In this document: piece after piece, positions 61,256-64,000 of the stretch
Position numbering within the stretch: the stretch's first letter is position 1
Layout: every line of letters starts with the position of its first letter
From: Gammaproteobacteria bacterium
GTDB lineage: Bacteria > Pseudomonadota > Gammaproteobacteria > CAJXQU01
Assembly (NCBI GenBank): GCA_965238175.1
Contig: CBDEGZ010000003.1
Coordinates: forward strand, 2,752,001-2,816,000
Direction: 5' to 3'
DNA: 64,000 nucleotides
The notes under the pieces: generated by a model
What the model was told of the DNA's origin: nothing
The model's input: only the letters and a program-made list of their open reading frames with translations
Databases searched by the model: none
Position numbers and translations under genes: made by a program

Positions 61256-62394
61256 TAAAAATCCTTGTACATTTTCCCAATATTAAAAATCCCATCAGGA
61301 TCAAAAGATTGTTTTAATCGGTGATGGATCTTTTTGATTTCTGGAGACAACGGTGAAAAAACATCGATCTGTTCATTCTTATTCGATGTAAGCTTCGAGT
61401 TAGATCTAAACAAAGTCGCATGCCCTTTATACTTTAATGCTCGACGGCGGATTTCTTCAACCGAAAGTTCTCCCTTCGAACTGATAAAATACCAACGTTG
61501 TGCTCCACCCCAATCGACAAAACAATCCTCGTTAAAATCGAGTACCTCAGATGCTGGTGGAACGCTTATTCGCCATAGTGATTTTTGATCATTTTGTGTA
61601 GAAAAAAATGGATGTTGTTGCTCTTTAACTGAATGCCAGAAAACATCTGCATTTTCCATCAATTGCCCACCAATTTTTTCATGTGCAGATTTCAACGCAG
61701 AAGGAAAACCAGACAAACGCAGGCTCAAAATTCCATCCACATGACAAGCTGCAGAAAGGGGTAACGGCTGGCCAGCGAGCTGGTTCATAATTTTAAGTGC
61801 TTGCGCTTGATCGCATTCCTGTTGAATAGTGATCTCCGCTTCAGGCTTGGGCAATAATTTTATCGAGACTTCTAAAATAATCCCTAAGGTACCCAGCGCG
61901 CCAGTCATTAATCTTGATACATCAAAACCGGCAACGTTTTTCATTACCTGACCACCGAAAGTTAAATCTTCACCCTTTCCATTGATCATTCTCACACCCA
62001 GAACAAAATCTCTGACGCTGCCCGAGTAAGGTCTAATGGGTCCAGAAAGTCCGCACGCTATCGTGCCTCCAATCGTGGCTGTCTCCGCAAAATGTGGAGG
62101 TTCAAATGGCAGCATCTGATATTGATCTGCCAGGACAGACTCAATATCTCTCAGTGGAGTGCCGCAACGTGCAGTGAGCACAAGCTCCGTCGGTTCATAA
62201 CTAACGACACCCTGATAACCTGAAACAGCTAATTCCTGACCTTCTAAACTGTGATCTATACTCTGGCCATAAAAAAACTTCGAATTACCACCAACTATTT
62301 TGATCGGTGATTTATCTGCCACCGCTTGTTGAACTGCGTTTAAAATTGATGAAACTTCTGTATAACGACTGGGTGATGAATTTGATGGTGACAT
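61255..62394 (-). CDS. glcE: Glycolate oxidase FAD-binding subunit
   Basis: YEPTELVLTAR, PFEPP, GGQVMKNVAGFDVSR, FDPDGIFN. Confidence 0.94.
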   Translation of the reverse strand: MSPSNSSPSRYTEVSSILNAVQQAVADKSPIKIVGGNSKFFYGQSIDHSLEGQELAVSGYQGVVSYEPTELVLTARCGTPLRDIESVLADQYQMLPFEPPHFAETATIGGTIACGLSGPIRPYSGSVRDFVLGVRMINGKGEDLTFGGQVMKNVAGFDVSRLMTGALGTLGIILEVSIKLLPKPEAEITIQQECDQAQALKIMNQLAGQPLPLSAACHVDGILSLRLSGFPSALKSAHEKIGGQLMENADVFWHSVKEQQHPFFSTQNDQKSLWRISVPPASEVLDFNEDCFVDWGGAQRWYFISSKGELSVEEIRRRALKYKGHATLFRSNSKLTSNKNEQIDVFSPLSPEIKKIHHRLKQSFDPDGIFNIGKMYKDF

Positions 62395-62448
62395 AATGAA
62401 AGGATTATCTCATTCATCAGGTAAAAAACCCAAGCTCATGTGCAAGGC

Positions 62449-62479
62449 AAAAAAAGCCCATCAATGAAAGATGGGCTTT
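62449..62479 (-). terminator. Rho-independent terminator after the DUF2853 gene
   Basis: AAAGCCCATC-N7-GATGGGCTTT followed by a T tract on the minus strand. Confidence 0.8.
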
Positions 62480-62504
62480 GTATATACTTCTAAGCGGTCA
62501 AAAT

Positions 62505-62822
62505 TTAAAGATCGCCTAATACACCATAATTTTCAGCTAATAAATAATAAAAACATACACGACATTTGCTCGGATTACTGCGACCCATTTTTTCAACCAC
62601 GTCATCTATCGCAGCATTTAAATCATCATCACTTTCTGTCCGGCCAAGTTTCTTTTTCAACCAACTTTCGCGAACACGATCTAACTCTTTTTGGTCAGTT
62701 CCAGAAACCAGTGAAGAATCCTTACTACGCAATGCAATACCAAGATGTTTAACTATCTTTGCAACCGCATCTTCATCAACGTTGTTAGTATATTTTGCTA
62801 ACTTTTCGCCATAATCACTCAT
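62505..62822 (-). CDS. DUF2853-family protein
   Basis: IVKHLGIALRSKDSSLVS..D..ELDRVRESWLKKKLG...RVCFYYLLA; SD GAGGAG. Confidence 0.82.
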   Translation of the reverse strand: MSDYGEKLAKYTNNVDEDAVAKIVKHLGIALRSKDSSLVSGTDQKELDRVRESWLKKKLGRTESDDDLNAAIDDVVEKMGRSNPSKCRVCFYYLLAENYGVLGDL

Positions 62823-62920
62823 TAGTGCTCCTCCTCAGTTTTATTTTTTTAAGACAAGCAGAATACTACCATAAACTATTGACCATGTTCATAATTTAGA
62901 TTTTCCTGTGTTAGTAAACA

Positions 62921-64000
62921 TCAAATCGCAATCTCTGTTCGAACCCATTTCCAGACGATCAAACTTGCCAATACACTCACCATTCCTGCAAAAACAAAAA
63001 CTTCTGAAGGCCCAAGACCTTCCCAAATATAACCACTTAAAAGTGAACCCAATGCACCGCCAGCACCGTAACTCAGCGCACTATATAAGGCTTGTCCTCG
63101 CCCTTGGTGTCGACCTTTGAAATAACGGTGGATCAATTGGATCGCAACTGCATGGTGAATTCCAAAAGTCGCTGCATGTAAAAATTGTGCAAAGAAAATA
63201 ATTATCCTGTCTTCAGGAAATGTACCGATCAAAAACCAACGTATTGCTGCACAGATCAAACTTGTCAGGAGTAATGATTTCAAACTAAATCGATTCAGCA
63301 ATTTCAACATGATCAAAAAAAGTCCAACTTCAGCAATCACTCCAAGCGCCCATAATTGCCCAATTAAGCTACGTGAATAGTCGAATTTTTCGAGATACAA
63401 AGAATAAAATGAATAATAAGCGCCATGTCCAATCTGCATCAAGAAAAAGGCGATCATCATCGCGATCACCGTTGGGTTTTGGATCACATTTTTGATCGGT
63501 TTGTTTTCTGACGTATGTTGGTGGGGAATATCATCCGGTGCGATCAAACTGGTTAACCATATTCCGATGGTCATTACAAAAACTATCCACGGTAATGGTT
63601 GCACTCCAAATCGTTCAAGTGCTGCACCCAGAAAGATTACCGTCAAAATAAAGCCAATCGATCCCCATAACCGTATCTTCGAATAAGCGTGGGCTTCCTC
63701 ACCGAGATGATTTAAGGTCACCACTTCAAACTGAGGTAGGGAGGCACTCCAGAAAAAACCAAACACCAGCATAACGAGTGCTAATGCACCATAAGAGCTT
63801 GCAAATAAAGCACCGGTAAAAACCAAAATCGAGACCAATCCAGCAAAACGGATCACGCCCATTCGATTACCATTATGATCAGCAATCCAGCCCCACAAAT
63901 ACGGTGCGATAATCTTACCGACCACCAGTAAGGCCATGAGCTCGCCGATCTGTGCTGGTGAAAAATCTAATGATTCAAGATATATTCCCCAGAAGGGTAG
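62921..64000 (-). CDS. MFS transporter (MFS_1_like, HcaT/nucleoside:H+ symporter-like); 5' end outside the window
   Basis: Frame is open to the window edge (LPFWGIYLESLDFS..IGELMA); YSKIRLWGSIGF, LWALGVIAE, QFLHAATFG. Confidence 0.9.
   Translation of the reverse strand, partial: LPFWGIYLESLDFSPAQIGELMALLVVGKIIAPYLWGWIADHNGNRMGVIRFAGLVSILVFTGALFASSYGALALVMLVFGFFWSASLPQFEVVTLNHLGEEAHAYSKIRLWGSIGFILTVIFLGAALERFGVQPLPWIVFVMTIGIWLTSLIAPDDIPHQHTSENKPIKNVIQNPTVIAMMIAFFLMQIGHGAYYSFYSLYLEKFDYSRSLIGQLWALGVIAEVGLFLIMLKLLNRFSLKSLLLTSLICAAIRWFLIGTFPEDRIIIFFAQFLHAATFGIHHAVAIQLIHRYFKGRHQGRGQALYSALSYGAGGALGSLLSGYIWEGLGPSEVFVFAGMVSVLASLIVWKWVRTEIAI

Noticed and set aside
41468-61588. Numerous 60-150 aa track ORFs opposite or inside tex, cco, MMPL, pur and glc genes
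   Set aside because: They fully overlap well-supported genes and show no recognisable motifs or SD sites.
1-64000. CRISPR array, tRNA or rRNA genes
   Set aside because: No regularly spaced short repeats with unique spacers, no cas genes, and no tRNA or rRNA signatures seen by eye.

Overview
AT-rich chromosomal window, most likely from a gammaproteobacterium, made up mainly of core genes. From left to right: a sigma-28-driven cheY-cheA-cheW-MCP(3xPAS) operon; a TetR/SoxYZ-like/DsrE-like cluster; an interrupted nrdR-rib-nusB-thiL cluster; glyA, cyaA and avtA; a GGDEF/Ser-Thr kinase operon; NAD-type icd, an atypical serC and purN; ampD, an aspartic protease and an alanine/glycine symporter (agcS-like); truD, a RluA-family synthase and tex; fnr with a rearranged cbb3 oxidase (cco) locus; an MMPL transporter, purKE, glcFE, DUF2853 and an MFS transporter. 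The most unusual part is ~33.1-39.3 kb. There a 431-bp allele-divergent duplication of the symporter 3' end brackets or precedes unrelated cargo: a frameshifted, truncated restriction-endonuclease-like gene, a YfhO-like GT-C protein, a secreted beta-helix protein and an ORFan. REP-like GGGTCAG motifs lie at cargo junctions, a 5'-truncated RAYT (Y1 HUH) transposase sits at the right edge, and no integrase is present. Several small palindromic MITE/REP-like elements, an IS30 scar and a phage-like 2OG-Fe(II) oxygenase also occur. No rRNA, tRNA or CRISPR array was recognised. All calls are from manual reading and motif recognition; no searches were run.
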